A DNA stretch of 64,000 nucleotides from Verrucomicrobiia bacterium. GTDB taxonomy: Bacteria; Verrucomicrobiota; Verrucomicrobiia; Limisphaerales; UBA8199. The notes under the pieces are model-generated. The model saw only the letters and a program-made list of their open reading frames with translations. It ran no database searches and was not told the origin of the DNA. Made by a program: the position numbers and the translations under genes. Of this stretch, positions 43,385 through 52,237 are shown in pieces (the first letter of the stretch is position 1; each line of letters starts with the position of its first letter). The DNA is taken from the NCBI GenBank assembly GCA_036524155.1, contig DATDCV010000506.1, positions 1,029-65,028 of the forward strand, read 5' to 3'.

Positions 43385-44704
43385 ATGGTCTGGCGTGAAA
43401 GCGCATCTCCGGGCTCAGGCCAGGGCAGCATAAAAGCCAACTGGATCAGGGTTGGTGTGGCGGCGGCGCTCTGCTTCTGTGTCCTTCGTGCCTGGCCCCA
43501 GCAAACCAATACGGCTGAGGCTGCGGTTCAGTTTCAGGACGACCCGGCGGCGCACCGGCTCTACGAGGAGATGATCCAGGCCATGCGCAAGGCGACGACC
43601 TTGTCGTGGAGCGGAGAGACCCGGTGGAAGACTGTCGGACGATTTGTAACCACTAGCACCTATCATATCTGGCTCAAGAAGCCCAATTACGCCCGAGTCG
43701 AGATGACACGCCCAGGCCAGAAGCAACCCGGCGGCCTCCTGGTCGGGGATGGGGATTACTTCTGGATTTACTGGCCGGGGGGCAAGTTCCGCTACGGATG
43801 GGAAAAGAGCGGCAAATATGCCGAGGAATACGAAAAGTACCAGAAAAAGTACTTCATGAAGACACGGACGCCAGTGGGGAGGCACTCCATTGGGCACGAG
43901 GTCTTTGGCAATATGGGACTGATGACCATCATTGATCCGAGCACCTTTCACGGGTACACCGATTCGCTCCAGGCCTACATTGACGGCGTGAAGAGTCTTG
44001 GCACCAACACCCTCGGTGGTGAGTTGTGTGATGGGATCGAGGTGAGCATCATGAAACACCAGCGTTGTTGGGAGCTGTGGGTGGCGAGGAAGGATCGGTT
44101 GCCGCGCAAGTTGACGCAGATCCTCCGGGTGATGGATCAGGAAGCTATTTGGGAGGAATCGTGGTCGGACGTGGTGGTGGATGCGGAAATCTCCAACGAT
44201 CGCTTTGCCTGGTCTCCGCCTCAGGACTGGAAAGAGTGGAAGATGCCTGACATCCAAGAGAGTCTTTTGAAACCCGGCACGACTGCGCCGGACTTCGAAT
44301 TGGCCGCGCTAAACGGGGGCAAGCTCAAGCTGTCCAGTTTCCGGGGCCAGATTGTCTGGCTTAACAAGTGGCGGTGTGGCTGACCGGCTTGCCGCGAGGA
44401 GACAAGGAGTCTCCAGGAGCTTTACGAGAAGTATCACGACAAAGGATTGGTCGTTTTGGGAGTGAACGTGGCGGATAGCCGCAAGATCGCCCAGGATTAT
44501 CTCAAAGAAAACCACGTGACGTTTCCGATTATTCTCGACGTTTCACCAGCGGGGAGGGCGGCGATGAACCAGTATCTGGCCCTGCCCGATTTGGGGGGTG
44601 ACCCGATGACTTACGTCATTGGCCGGGACGGAAAAATCGTCGACGGGTGGTTCGGTTACGATCCCGCCAGGACCAGGGCGGCTGTGGGCAAACTGGGTTT
44701 GTGA
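43385..44704 (+). CDS. LolA-like/DUF2092-like domain fused to TlpA-like thioredoxin-fold redoxin; contains in-frame TGA (44381-44383) at the first position of the CxxC motif (candidate selenocysteine, or a pseudogene)
   Basis: ORFs 43238-44383 and 44447-44704 are in the same frame with TGA as the only stop between them. Read-through gives FRGQIVWLNKWRCG-U-PACREETRSLQELYEKYHDKGLVVLGVNV, which aligns with LDFWATWCGPCRAE of TlpA/ResA. Start chosen at ATG 43385 before the signal anchor. Confidence 0.65.
44398..44414 (+). other. Candidate bacterial SECIS-like hairpin
   Basis: GGAGAC-AAGGA-GTCTCC: perfect 6-bp stem with a 5-nt loop containing GG. The stem starts 15 nt and the loop 21 nt after the TGA. 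Confidence 0.4.
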
Positions 44705-44963
44705 GCATCCAGATCCTAAAGGGCCAAGCTCACTGCTCATAATAACTGACTGCACGGCATCTATCCGTGCTGCCCGATTGCGAGCCGCGGGCTCAAGCAT
44801 GGATGTGTTATGACCCGTATCCTCACCTGAACCTCGTTACTGCGGCGCCAACCGCCGCTCGTCGATCGGGCTGCCACCTCGCAGATCTTTCCAGGGACGT
44901 CCGCCATAATCGTTGGCCCGCTGCACCAATTTGTCACTGAACAGCCGCTCCGCCTGCGCCAGG

Positions 44964-46289
44964 TCAGCCTCCCCAAAGCGGCTCAACATTCGAGGCGTTC
45001 CAGGCGTTCCACCTGGCCTGGAGTTCCGCCACTTTGTCCGGCAGTTCGGCGGCAAGGTCCCTGGTTTCCCCGATATCGGCGCGCAGGTTGTAGAGTCTGG
45101 GCGGGGTGACCCCCTGCTTGTTGCGGCCGGTGCGGGTGTCGGCGTTCAGGTCATAGCGGACCAGTTTGAAGTCGCCTGAGCGGACGGCCATCTGCTGTCC
45201 GAAACGCCAGAAGAGCGCGTCGTGCGGGTGGCCGGTCTTCTCGCCGCTGAGGAAAGGGAGGAGGTTGACACCTTCGAGTTTCCAGTCGGCTTTGGGGTCG
45301 ACGGCGGCGGCGGCCAGGGCGGTGGTGTGTAGGTCGAGTTGGATGACCGGCTGGTCGTAGACCCCGGCTTTGATGTGGCCGGGCCAGGAGAGGATAAAGG
45401 GGACGCGGATGCCGCCTTCGAGGGTGGTGCGTTTGCTGCCGCGGAGGGGAGTGTTCCGGGATGCGTTGATGGTGGTTCCTGGCATCGTGGGGCCACCGTT
45501 GTCGCTGATGAAAGCGACGAGCGTGTTTCGATCCAGGCCGCAGTCGGTGAGTTTGCGGAGCACACGGTCGATGGCTTCATCCATGGCCAGCATCATGGCG
45601 TTGTAGGCGCGGCGCTGGGGGTCGGCCGCCTGGGGAAATTTCGCCAGGCGATCATCGGTGGCATTCATCGGAGTGTGGACGGCGTTGAAAGCCAGGTAAA
45701 GAAACCAGGGCTGGTTTCTATGCCGTTCGATGAACGCGGTCGCCTCGCGGCCGAAGGCGTCCGTGGTGTAATCCAGGTCTTTGACCTGTTGGGTGCCACG
45801 CAGGATGCCGTCGGCCTGGAAGTAGCTGTGCGCGCCGCCCAGGAAGCCGAAGAACTCATCGAACCCGCGTTTGAGCGGATGCATGGTTTCCTGCGACCCG
45901 AGGTGCCATTTGCCGACCAGGCCGGTCACATAACCGACGGCCTTAAGGTGATTGGCGAGGGTGGTTTCACTCAGAGGCAGTCCGGTATTGCGGCCGCCCG
46001 GGTTGAATTCGTGGCCGAAGCGGGTCTGGTAGCGGCCGGTGAGCAAACCGGCGCGGCTCGGCGAACAATAGGGGCCGCTGACGTAGCCGCTGGTAAACCG
46101 GACGCCTGAAGCGGCGAGGCGATCGATGGCCGGCGTCGGGATATCCTTGCAGCCGTGGATTCCGACGTCAGCGTAGCCCATATCATCCCCCACAATAATG
46201 AGGATATTGGGCCTGGAGAGGTCGGCCGCGAGAGCGGGGTCTGCCGCCGGATACAGCAGGGTCAGGAGCAGGAAGGCGATGCGTTTCAT
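44964..46289 (-). CDS. Arylsulfatase (formylglycine-dependent sulfatase family)
   Basis: Signal peptide. DDMGYADVG. The C-x-P-x-R FGly motif in PYCSPSRAGLLTGRY. GKWHLG. Confidence 0.92.
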   Translation of the reverse strand: MKRIAFLLLTLLYPAADPALAADLSRPNILIIVGDDMGYADVGIHGCKDIPTPAIDRLAASGVRFTSGYVSGPYCSPSRAGLLTGRYQTRFGHEFNPGGRNTGLPLSETTLANHLKAVGYVTGLVGKWHLGSQETMHPLKRGFDEFFGFLGGAHSYFQADGILRGTQQVKDLDYTTDAFGREATAFIERHRNQPWFLYLAFNAVHTPMNATDDRLAKFPQAADPQRRAYNAMMLAMDEAIDRVLRKLTDCGLDRNTLVAFISDNGGPTMPGTTINASRNTPLRGSKRTTLEGGIRVPFILSWPGHIKAGVYDQPVIQLDLHTTALAAAAVDPKADWKLEGVNLLPFLSGEKTGHPHDALFWRFGQQMAVRSGDFKLVRYDLNADTRTGRNKQGVTPPRLYNLRADIGETRDLAAELPDKVAELQARWNAWNASNVEPLWGG

Positions 46290-46299
46290 GGTTGGGGCT

Positions 46300-47781
46300 T
46301 CAGCGGCTCGATGGTGTCACGAGTGGCGAGCCGGCGTCAAGTAATTTGATTCTGGAAAACGCTTCAAGCGCCACTTCCCGGGCGATCGCATGGCTGACGA
46401 TAGGCTCGGGATAATCCCGGTTCAGCCGCAACCCGGCCCGGGAGAGAATTTCCGGCGGCGCTTGCCACGGTTTGCGCACCCATTCGTCAGGCAACCTCGC
46501 GAGTTCAGGACACCATTTGCGCACGTAGCCGCCGTGCGGGTCGAATTTCTCGCCCTGGCTGACGGGATTGAAAACGCGGAAATAGGGCGCGGCATCCGCA
46601 CCGCAACCTGCGGTCCACTGCCACCCGAGAGTGTTTTGCGCGAGGTCGGCATCCACCAATGTGTCCCAGAACCAGCGCGCGCCTTCCTGCCAGTCGGTCA
46701 GCAAGTCCTTCGCGAGAAACGACGCGACCACCATCCGCACGCGATTATGCATCCAGCCGGTCGTCCAAAGCTCGCGCATTCCGGCGTCGACGATCGGATA
46801 CCCGGTGCGGCCCTCCCGCCATGCCTTCAGCCGGGCAGCGTCTTTGCGCCAGGCAAATCGCTTGAATTCCGCCCGCAGCGGTTCAGCGGGCGTGTGCGGA
46901 AAATGATAAAGCAGATGGTGCGCGAATTCGCGCCAGCCGACTTCAGCCAGAAACTGAGACCCGCGCCAAACCGCCTCCGGAAGCCCGCGTTTCGCCGCCA
47001 TCCGGCGAAGTCCGTGCCAGACCTGGCGCGGGCTGATCTCGCCGAAGTGCAGGTGCGGTGAGAGCCGCGATGTGCCGGCGACATCGGGTCGGTTGCGTTG
47101 TTCGGAATAGTCCGCGAAGGCTTTTGCCAGGAAGACCTTCAAGCGCCGCGCCGCGCCCTCTTCACCGGGCTGCCATGCGCGACGCAGCCCTTCCGCCCAG
47201 TCGACTTTGGGCTCAAGCCGCAGTTCCTCGAGCCGGAGCGACTTCGGCCATTTCGCCGGTGCCGATAGCCGCCGTGTCGCGGGCAAGGGCGATGCGGGCT
47301 CGGGCAACGCCAGGCAATGCGTCCAGAACGCTGTGAACACTTGAAATGGCTTCGCGCTCCTGTTTCGGACGGTCCACGGCTCGTGTAACAGCGCGGCATT
47401 GAAGCTCTCAACCGCGAGGCTGTCGCCGCACAACGATTCCTTCAGTCTGGCATCGCGCGCGATGATGGTGGGCTCATAGCGGCGATTCCAATAAACTGCG
47501 CCCGCCCCGATTTCCTGCGCAAGGCTTCGCAGAACTTCGCGCGCCGGCCCGCGCCGGATGATCAGCCGGGAGCCGCCCTCCCGCAGCCGAGCTTCGAGCG
47601 CACGCAACGATTGATGCAGCCACCACCGCGACGCGCCGCCCGGCGGCCAGGGCAGTTCCTCTTCCGGCGCCCAGATGAACACCGGCACGACCGGGCCGCC
47701 GCGCTCAACGGCGGCCTGCAGCGCGGGATTGTCCGCCAGACGCAGGTCCAACCGGAACCAGTGGATCGTGGGCGTGGTCAT
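46300..47781 (-). CDS. phrB: Deoxyribodipyrimidine photolyase / cryptochrome family protein
   Basis: IHWFRLDLRLADNPAL, TSRLSPHLHFGEIS, GYPIVDAGMRELWTTGWMHNRVRMVVASFL, DADLAQNTLGWQW. Confidence 0.92.
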   Translation of the reverse strand: MTTPTIHWFRLDLRLADNPALQAAVERGGPVVPVFIWAPEEELPWPPGGASRWWLHQSLRALEARLREGGSRLIIRRGPAREVLRSLAQEIGAGAVYWNRRYEPTIIARDARLKESLCGDSLAVESFNAALLHEPWTVRNRSAKPFQVFTAFWTHCLALPEPASPLPATRRLSAPAKWPKSLRLEELRLEPKVDWAEGLRRAWQPGEEGAARRLKVFLAKAFADYSEQRNRPDVAGTSRLSPHLHFGEISPRQVWHGLRRMAAKRGLPEAVWRGSQFLAEVGWREFAHHLLYHFPHTPAEPLRAEFKRFAWRKDAARLKAWREGRTGYPIVDAGMRELWTTGWMHNRVRMVVASFLAKDLLTDWQEGARWFWDTLVDADLAQNTLGWQWTAGCGADAAPYFRVFNPVSQGEKFDPHGGYVRKWCPELARLPDEWVRKPWQAPPEILSRAGLRLNRDYPEPIVSHAIAREVALEAFSRIKLLDAGSPLVTPSSR

Positions 47782-47915
47782 TGTGAACAGCGGGCTGATG
47801 ACAACGCGGCCGTTTTAGATTGCCGCGTGCGACCCGGATGCAGGCCGGATGATCGGTGGGACGGCAATCACCGGCGGCACGCGCGGCGCCGGACGTGGAC
47901 GGTTCTTCGGGTTCG

Positions 47916-48473
47916 TCATTTCGCCGCGACGGACCAATAAGACATCTGTTCTTTGGGCTGATATGCTTGCGGGGTCCCAGCGGTCAGGCCGATCTGAAAG
48001 ACCTGCTGCGGTTGGGCGCTGGTTTTTGTCACGCGTCGAGTAGCCCGGGCCGTCGACCGGTACTCGTACGACTGCCCCACTACGGAGGCCGAACCGGCCG
48101 GAGCCAGGGTGACGTGCACAGGAGTGACTCTCGCGTCCGCCACCTGCACTACCACGGTTTGTGGTCCCGTGGTGGTTTGGTTGCTGAACCAGACTTCGAA
48201 ACGATATGTTCCCGGCGGGGCAGCCAGCCGGAGGACGTTTCCCGGGATCGGCTTGAACTCGGAGAATACCGTCCGCATTTCGCCGGTTGGTTCGCTTGCC
48301 CTGCGCACTTTCCAGCTTAGCTGGCCGCTGGAGTCGGTATAGAAATCCACGTAGCCGGTGTTCGCGCGTGGGACGGGAGGATTCAGGTCGCCGGTGCGAC
48401 AACCGGCGCTCATCAGGCAAGCACTTGCAGCCAAGAGCGCAGCGCCGTTCCTCAGAAGTATCGTCGCGTTCAT
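47916..48473 (-). CDS. Hypothetical lipoprotein
   Basis: Lipobox LMSAGC after a signal peptide. No recognisable domain. Confidence 0.55.
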   Translation of the reverse strand: MNATILLRNGAALLAASACLMSAGCRTGDLNPPVPRANTGYVDFYTDSSGQLSWKVRRASEPTGEMRTVFSEFKPIPGNVLRLAAPPGTYRFEVWFSNQTTTGPQTVVVQVADARVTPVHVTLAPAGSASVVGQSYEYRSTARATRRVTKTSAQPQQVFQIGLTAGTPQAYQPKEQMSYWSVAAK

Positions 48474-48638
48474 GCCGGTTTCCGCCGCCAGTTACAGTCG
48501 AGCTTTCATCACCACAGGTGGATTGGCTCCCTTTTACCTGAACCCGGCATTTCGTGCAAGCGGACGAAGTTACGCAGGCTTCAACATGGTGTGACGGGTT
48601 CACTCCGCAGTAAGAAATTGATGTCCGCCCTTAGGTAT

Positions 48639-48742
48639 CCGCTCAGTCTTGGGGCGGAGCGCCGATTTTTAATCGGCTTAACCGCACCGACGGCCGCGTG
48701 TAAGCCGAGTGCAACTCGGCGCTCCGCCCCAAGACTGAGCGG
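48639..48742 (+). repeat. R3 structured palindromic element, copy 1
   Basis: 24-bp outer stem CTCAGTCTTGGGGCGGAGCGCCGA / TCGGCGCTCCGCCCCAAGACTGAG, a 7x7 internal loop, an 8-bp inner stem TCGGCTTA/TAAGCCGA and a variable ~20-nt apex. Confidence 0.85.
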
Positions 48743-48801
48743 ATACGTCCTTAGGCCGTTTCTTCTCCACAAAACCGCCCGTTCGTGGTAGGTGTGCCGC
48801 C

Positions 48802-49992
48802 ATGTATCTCCACCGTGCTCAGCAGAGGGTGCGGGCGGCGTCTTTTCCCGACGAGTCAGATATTCACCCGTGCACCGCCGAAGAGGTCGACGCACTGGAG
48901 GCTAAACTTGGCCAGCCACTGCCCGGCGCGGTCCGCGAGTTTCTCCTGTGGTGCGGCAAAGGTCTTGGGGAGATTTGGAGCGGGGCCCGGTGTCTGGATT
49001 ACGACGAACTGATGAACCAGTTTGGCCTGGATGGCGCCCGGGAAAAACTCGCCGAAGCAGGGCTGGACACCTCGGTGCTGGAAAACGCCCTCGTAATCCA
49101 ATTCGACGAAGATGCCCAGTTCTCTTTTGTGAAACTGAACGAGGGCGATGACCCGCCGGTATACGGCCTTAATGAGGGTGAACCGCTCGAGCGCCACTGC
49201 GACCATTTCAGCGATTACGTGAACCTCATTGTCGCGCAGGAGTTCGGTGTCACCCCGGACGACCAGCGGGAAGGACCGGGAGCACCTGCCGACGCGGACG
49301 CGATGGGGTCTGCGGCCCAGGCGCAAACGGGAGAGGACATCATTCCTGCCGAGTGGCGGAGCGACCCGGCTTTGCGCGACGCGGATTTTGGATCCATGCC
49401 GCCCAGCATCCAACAGCAACTCGGCAAGCCCCAGGCCTCGTTCCGGGCGTCCTCCGCAAACGTGGTCGCCGGAGTCATATTCGGAGTGATCTTCCTCGGT
49501 TTCGGCCTGGTGCTGTCCATTTGGCTGTTGGTCCAGGCCGGCAAGACCGGATTCAACTTGCCATTCGTCGCCAACCAGGGGATGTCCTGGGTTATCCTGC
49601 TTGTGGCGGAGCTGCTGAGCTGGGCTATGGCCGTTGTCGGCGTGGTGATGATTCGCCGTTTGCTGAAGACTTCCGGGGACTGCGTATTCGTCGGTGACGG
49701 AGGGCTGTGCCTGATGCGCAAGTCGACCTACGAAATGGTGCCCTGGTCCGCGGTGGCGGAAATTGAGGAGCTGGTTATTAAGGAACACGCGCCCGTCAAA
49801 TGGGTTGGGGGCCTCATTCCCGCGGGAAAAGACCGCATGTATGATATGCGGATGAACAACGGGAAACATTTCCTGTTCAACAGCACAAACATCCGCAACC
49901 TCGCGCTGTTTCGCGCGATCCTGGAGCGGGTCACGTCGATCTACGGCATCCCCTGGTCGGTGTTGCAGAGCCGTGCTCCCGGCATGGTCTGA
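48802..49992 (+). CDS. SMI1/KNR4 (SUKH-1) domain protein fused to TM helices and a PH-like C-terminal domain
   Basis: EEVDALEAKLGQPLPGAVREFLLWCGKG is the SUKH N-terminal pattern. Two long hydrophobic helices (VVAGVIFGVIFLGFGLVLSIWLLV, WVILLVAELLSWAMAVVGVVMI), then a beta-rich tail. Confidence 0.65.
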   Translation: MYLHRAQQRVRAASFPDESDIHPCTAEEVDALEAKLGQPLPGAVREFLLWCGKGLGEIWSGARCLDYDELMNQFGLDGAREKLAEAGLDTSVLENALVIQFDEDAQFSFVKLNEGDDPPVYGLNEGEPLERHCDHFSDYVNLIVAQEFGVTPDDQREGPGAPADADAMGSAAQAQTGEDIIPAEWRSDPALRDADFGSMPPSIQQQLGKPQASFRASSANVVAGVIFGVIFLGFGLVLSIWLLVQAGKTGFNLPFVANQGMSWVILLVAELLSWAMAVVGVVMIRRLLKTSGDCVFVGDGGLCLMRKSTYEMVPWSAVAEIEELVIKEHAPVKWVGGLIPAGKDRMYDMRMNNGKHFLFNSTNIRNLALFRAILERVTSIYGIPWSVLQSRAPGMV

Positions 49993-50110
49993 CCGCCAGA
50001 CATGATTTGCCCGGCATACATTGAACCCCTGCTGATTTGTCGGCGTGCTGCCTCCCTAAGAACCACGACACCAGGTGACACCTTGCTATTGAGACAACCT
50101 CCGGTACAAC

Positions 50111-50135
50111 AAAAAAGCCGGATTTACCGGCTTTT
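50111..50135. terminator. Symmetric A-tract/hairpin/T-tract, candidate bidirectional intrinsic terminator
   Basis: AAAGCCGG-ATTTA-CCGGCTTT: 8-bp stem including A:T pairs and a 5-nt loop, 119 nt after the stop at 49992. Confidence 0.4.
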
Positions 50136-50345
50136 CTGACACACGTTCTACACTCGAGAACATTAACAGCATACCAAAACGCCGTTTCCCTGCATGTCAC
50201 CAATTGTGGGGACACGGGCAGGCTTCCGGCCGTTCTGTGGCGAATCCAGGACTATGAGGCTATATCGAGTATTGGTTCAGCGAGCGACCTCGCTCAAAGG
50301 CGTGGCCTGGTCTGAGACTGGGCGGGACGCGCATTCCGAACGGGT

Positions 50346-51494
50346 ATGGCAAAGGTGATTGAAATTGGCGTGCCGGTCGATGAAATCGAGCGGCGCAGAG
50401 AACGCGTGCTGAGGGCGAAGCGATTCGAAACCACCGACCGGGTCCCGGTCATTCCCGCGCTCGCTCACCGGTTTCTGGTGCCGCAGGTGGGCGTGTCGTT
50501 CCGGGACTACTACAGCGACCCGGAGACGATGTTGCGGACGCAGATCCTGGCCCAAAAATGGCTGATGGAGAACATCCGCACCGACGCCTACTCGATCACC
50601 GGCGCGTGGGTGGGGGCGTGGACCGATTTCCAGAACACGTTTGAGGCGGGGAGCTTGGGCTGCGAAGTCGTTTTTCCCGAGGATGACATTCCGTGGGTGG
50701 GCAGGCCCTGGGTAAAAACGGAGAAAGACCTTCGGGCGCTGGAGCGCATGGACTACCTCAACAGCGGGCTGAACGCGCGCCAGGTGGCCTACCGAAAAGC
50801 CATGATGGCGGTCGCTGACAAATACCCAGTGCGGTTTCAGGGCGGCCCGGTTTTCTACCCGGGACAAAACCCGGCGCTGACCCATACTTCGGACGGACCG
50901 TTCGGGGTCGCCGGCGACTTGATGGGACAGACGGAAATCTTCGAGGCAGTGGCCGCCGCTCCCGACTTTGTTCGCGAGTTGCTGCGAATTGTCACCGACA
51001 AGATGATCGCTTACCTGGATTTTTGTTGGGAGGAGGAACGCCTGCCAAGGCCGCGGGATTTTGCCTGGACCGACGACCTGGCGGTCTCATTATCCGAGAG
51101 GCAGTTCCGGGAGATCGTGCTGCCGGCGGAGGAAAGGCTGCGGTTCCATTTCGATGGCTGGCTATCGCTGCACATGTGCGGCAACACCGGCCACCTGCTG
51201 GAAATATTCCGTGATGAACTGCGGATCCATGAGTTGCAGGGTTTCGGCTACCAGGTGGATCTCGACACCGTGGCGTCCATCCTGGGCGGAAAGGTCGTCC
51301 TGATCGGAAATGTCAACCCGATGCTGATTCATTCCGGCACGCCGGAAGCGGTGCGTGAGGCGACGCGGCGGGTCATCGAGAAACTGGGAGGGTCTCGGGG
51401 TTTGATCATCCAGGATGGAAATAATATTCCACCCGGCACACCGGTCCGGAACATCAACGCGATGATGGAGGCGGCGGAGAGCTACGCGCGGTAG
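50346..51494 (+). CDS. Uroporphyrinogen decarboxylase (URO-D) family protein / MtaA-CmuA-like methyltransferase
   Basis: Length and overall pattern of URO-D-like TIM barrels (RVPVIPAL..., HMCGNTGHLLE, GGKVVLIGNVNP, LIIQDGNNIPPGTP). Confidence 0.7.
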   Translation: MAKVIEIGVPVDEIERRRERVLRAKRFETTDRVPVIPALAHRFLVPQVGVSFRDYYSDPETMLRTQILAQKWLMENIRTDAYSITGAWVGAWTDFQNTFEAGSLGCEVVFPEDDIPWVGRPWVKTEKDLRALERMDYLNSGLNARQVAYRKAMMAVADKYPVRFQGGPVFYPGQNPALTHTSDGPFGVAGDLMGQTEIFEAVAAAPDFVRELLRIVTDKMIAYLDFCWEEERLPRPRDFAWTDDLAVSLSERQFREIVLPAEERLRFHFDGWLSLHMCGNTGHLLEIFRDELRIHELQGFGYQVDLDTVASILGGKVVLIGNVNPMLIHSGTPEAVREATRRVIEKLGGSRGLIIQDGNNIPPGTPVRNINAMMEAAESYAR

Positions 51495-51619
51495 GAAGGG
51501 TCTTGATCCTGCCCTAAATCGTGCTTTCGACCTTAATCTCCCGACAGGCAGAGCAGGAGCAAGAGCAAGAGCAAGATTTCGGCGATCGTCGCCCTCCCGC
51601 TGGTATTTGCTCTTGGGCT

Positions 51620-52237
51620 TTATCTTGCTCTTGATCTCGATTTTGCCAGGCTACTCATCCCGCCGACTGAGTTCTGAACCTTTTCGGGATACCGTCGCAG
51701 GATCTTCTTCAGTTTTGGCTGGCTTAAAACGTTGAGATTCCGGAACGTGACCAGGGATCGCGGCTCGACTCCGGATCTAAGATTAAGCCAGACAAAATCA
51801 CACAGCGCTTGTTCGGCCGAGACAAGCACCTGGCCCGCAGGCTTGGCGTAAACAGCCACCGGCACCCGGATGAACCTCAGTTTGCCTGCGGGGGTTGCGC
51901 GATCCGCTCTCCGGTTGTGGCGACGATCCGTAAAGCAGGTGACTTCGGTAGGCACCTGGTTAACAAGGTGGTGACGAAACAGGGCGTAGAAGCCGGTGAC
52001 ATAAGCGCCCGGATCGACCTCCGGCAGGATATCTTCAGGAGCCACTCCACGGACCAGACCATACCGCCCATGCGCGTAGCGAGTAATAAGGCCCCGTCGC
52101 ACCAAACGACCAAGCTCGGTATTAAGCGCGTGCAAAGTAGTCCGGGCGGCGTTCGCAAGTTCGGCGACAGAAAAAACCACCTTCGCGTGCGAGGCCCGCT
52201 GTTCGGCAAAGAAGTTGATCCACTCCAATGCTTTCAT
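51620..52237 (-). CDS. AbiEi-family (type IV TA antitoxin-like) wHTH protein
   Basis: VFSVAELANAARTTLHALNTELGRLVRRGLITRYAHGRYGL (wHTH) and GAYVTGFYALFRHHLVNQVPTEVTCFT. Its start overlaps the upstream gene's stop by 4 nt. Confidence 0.75.
   Translation of the reverse strand: MKALEWINFFAEQRASHAKVVFSVAELANAARTTLHALNTELGRLVRRGLITRYAHGRYGLVRGVAPEDILPEVDPGAYVTGFYALFRHHLVNQVPTEVTCFTDRRHNRRADRATPAGKLRFIRVPVAVYAKPAGQVLVSAEQALCDFVWLNLRSGVEPRSLVTFRNLNVLSQPKLKKILRRYPEKVQNSVGGMSSLAKSRSRAR

Noticed and set aside
44837-44963. A possible 43-aa frameshift extension of the sulfatase (ADLAQAERLFSDKLVQRANDYGGRPWKDLRGGSPIDERRLAPQ) or a separate small gene
   Set aside because: The sulfatase already ends with a complete-looking C-terminus (...NVEPLWGG). 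The extra peptide has no recognisable motif and would require a frameshift.
48639-48742. R3 as a tRNA-like or other known small RNA gene
   Set aside because: It folds as one long interrupted hairpin, not a cloverleaf. No T-loop (GTTCRA), anticodon-arm geometry or other recognisable RNA-family motif is present.
51548-51641. (AGAGCA)n-like hexanucleotide run GCAGAGCAGGAGCAAGAGCAAGAGCAAGAT and its imperfect inverse ATCTTGCTCTTGATCTCG flanking GGCGATCGTCGCC, between the URO-D gene and AbiEi
   Set aside because: This is probably just a convergent-gene terminator region with a short microsatellite. The right half lies in the AbiEi C-terminus (KSRSRAR-stop), and I could not see a second copy or further structure.
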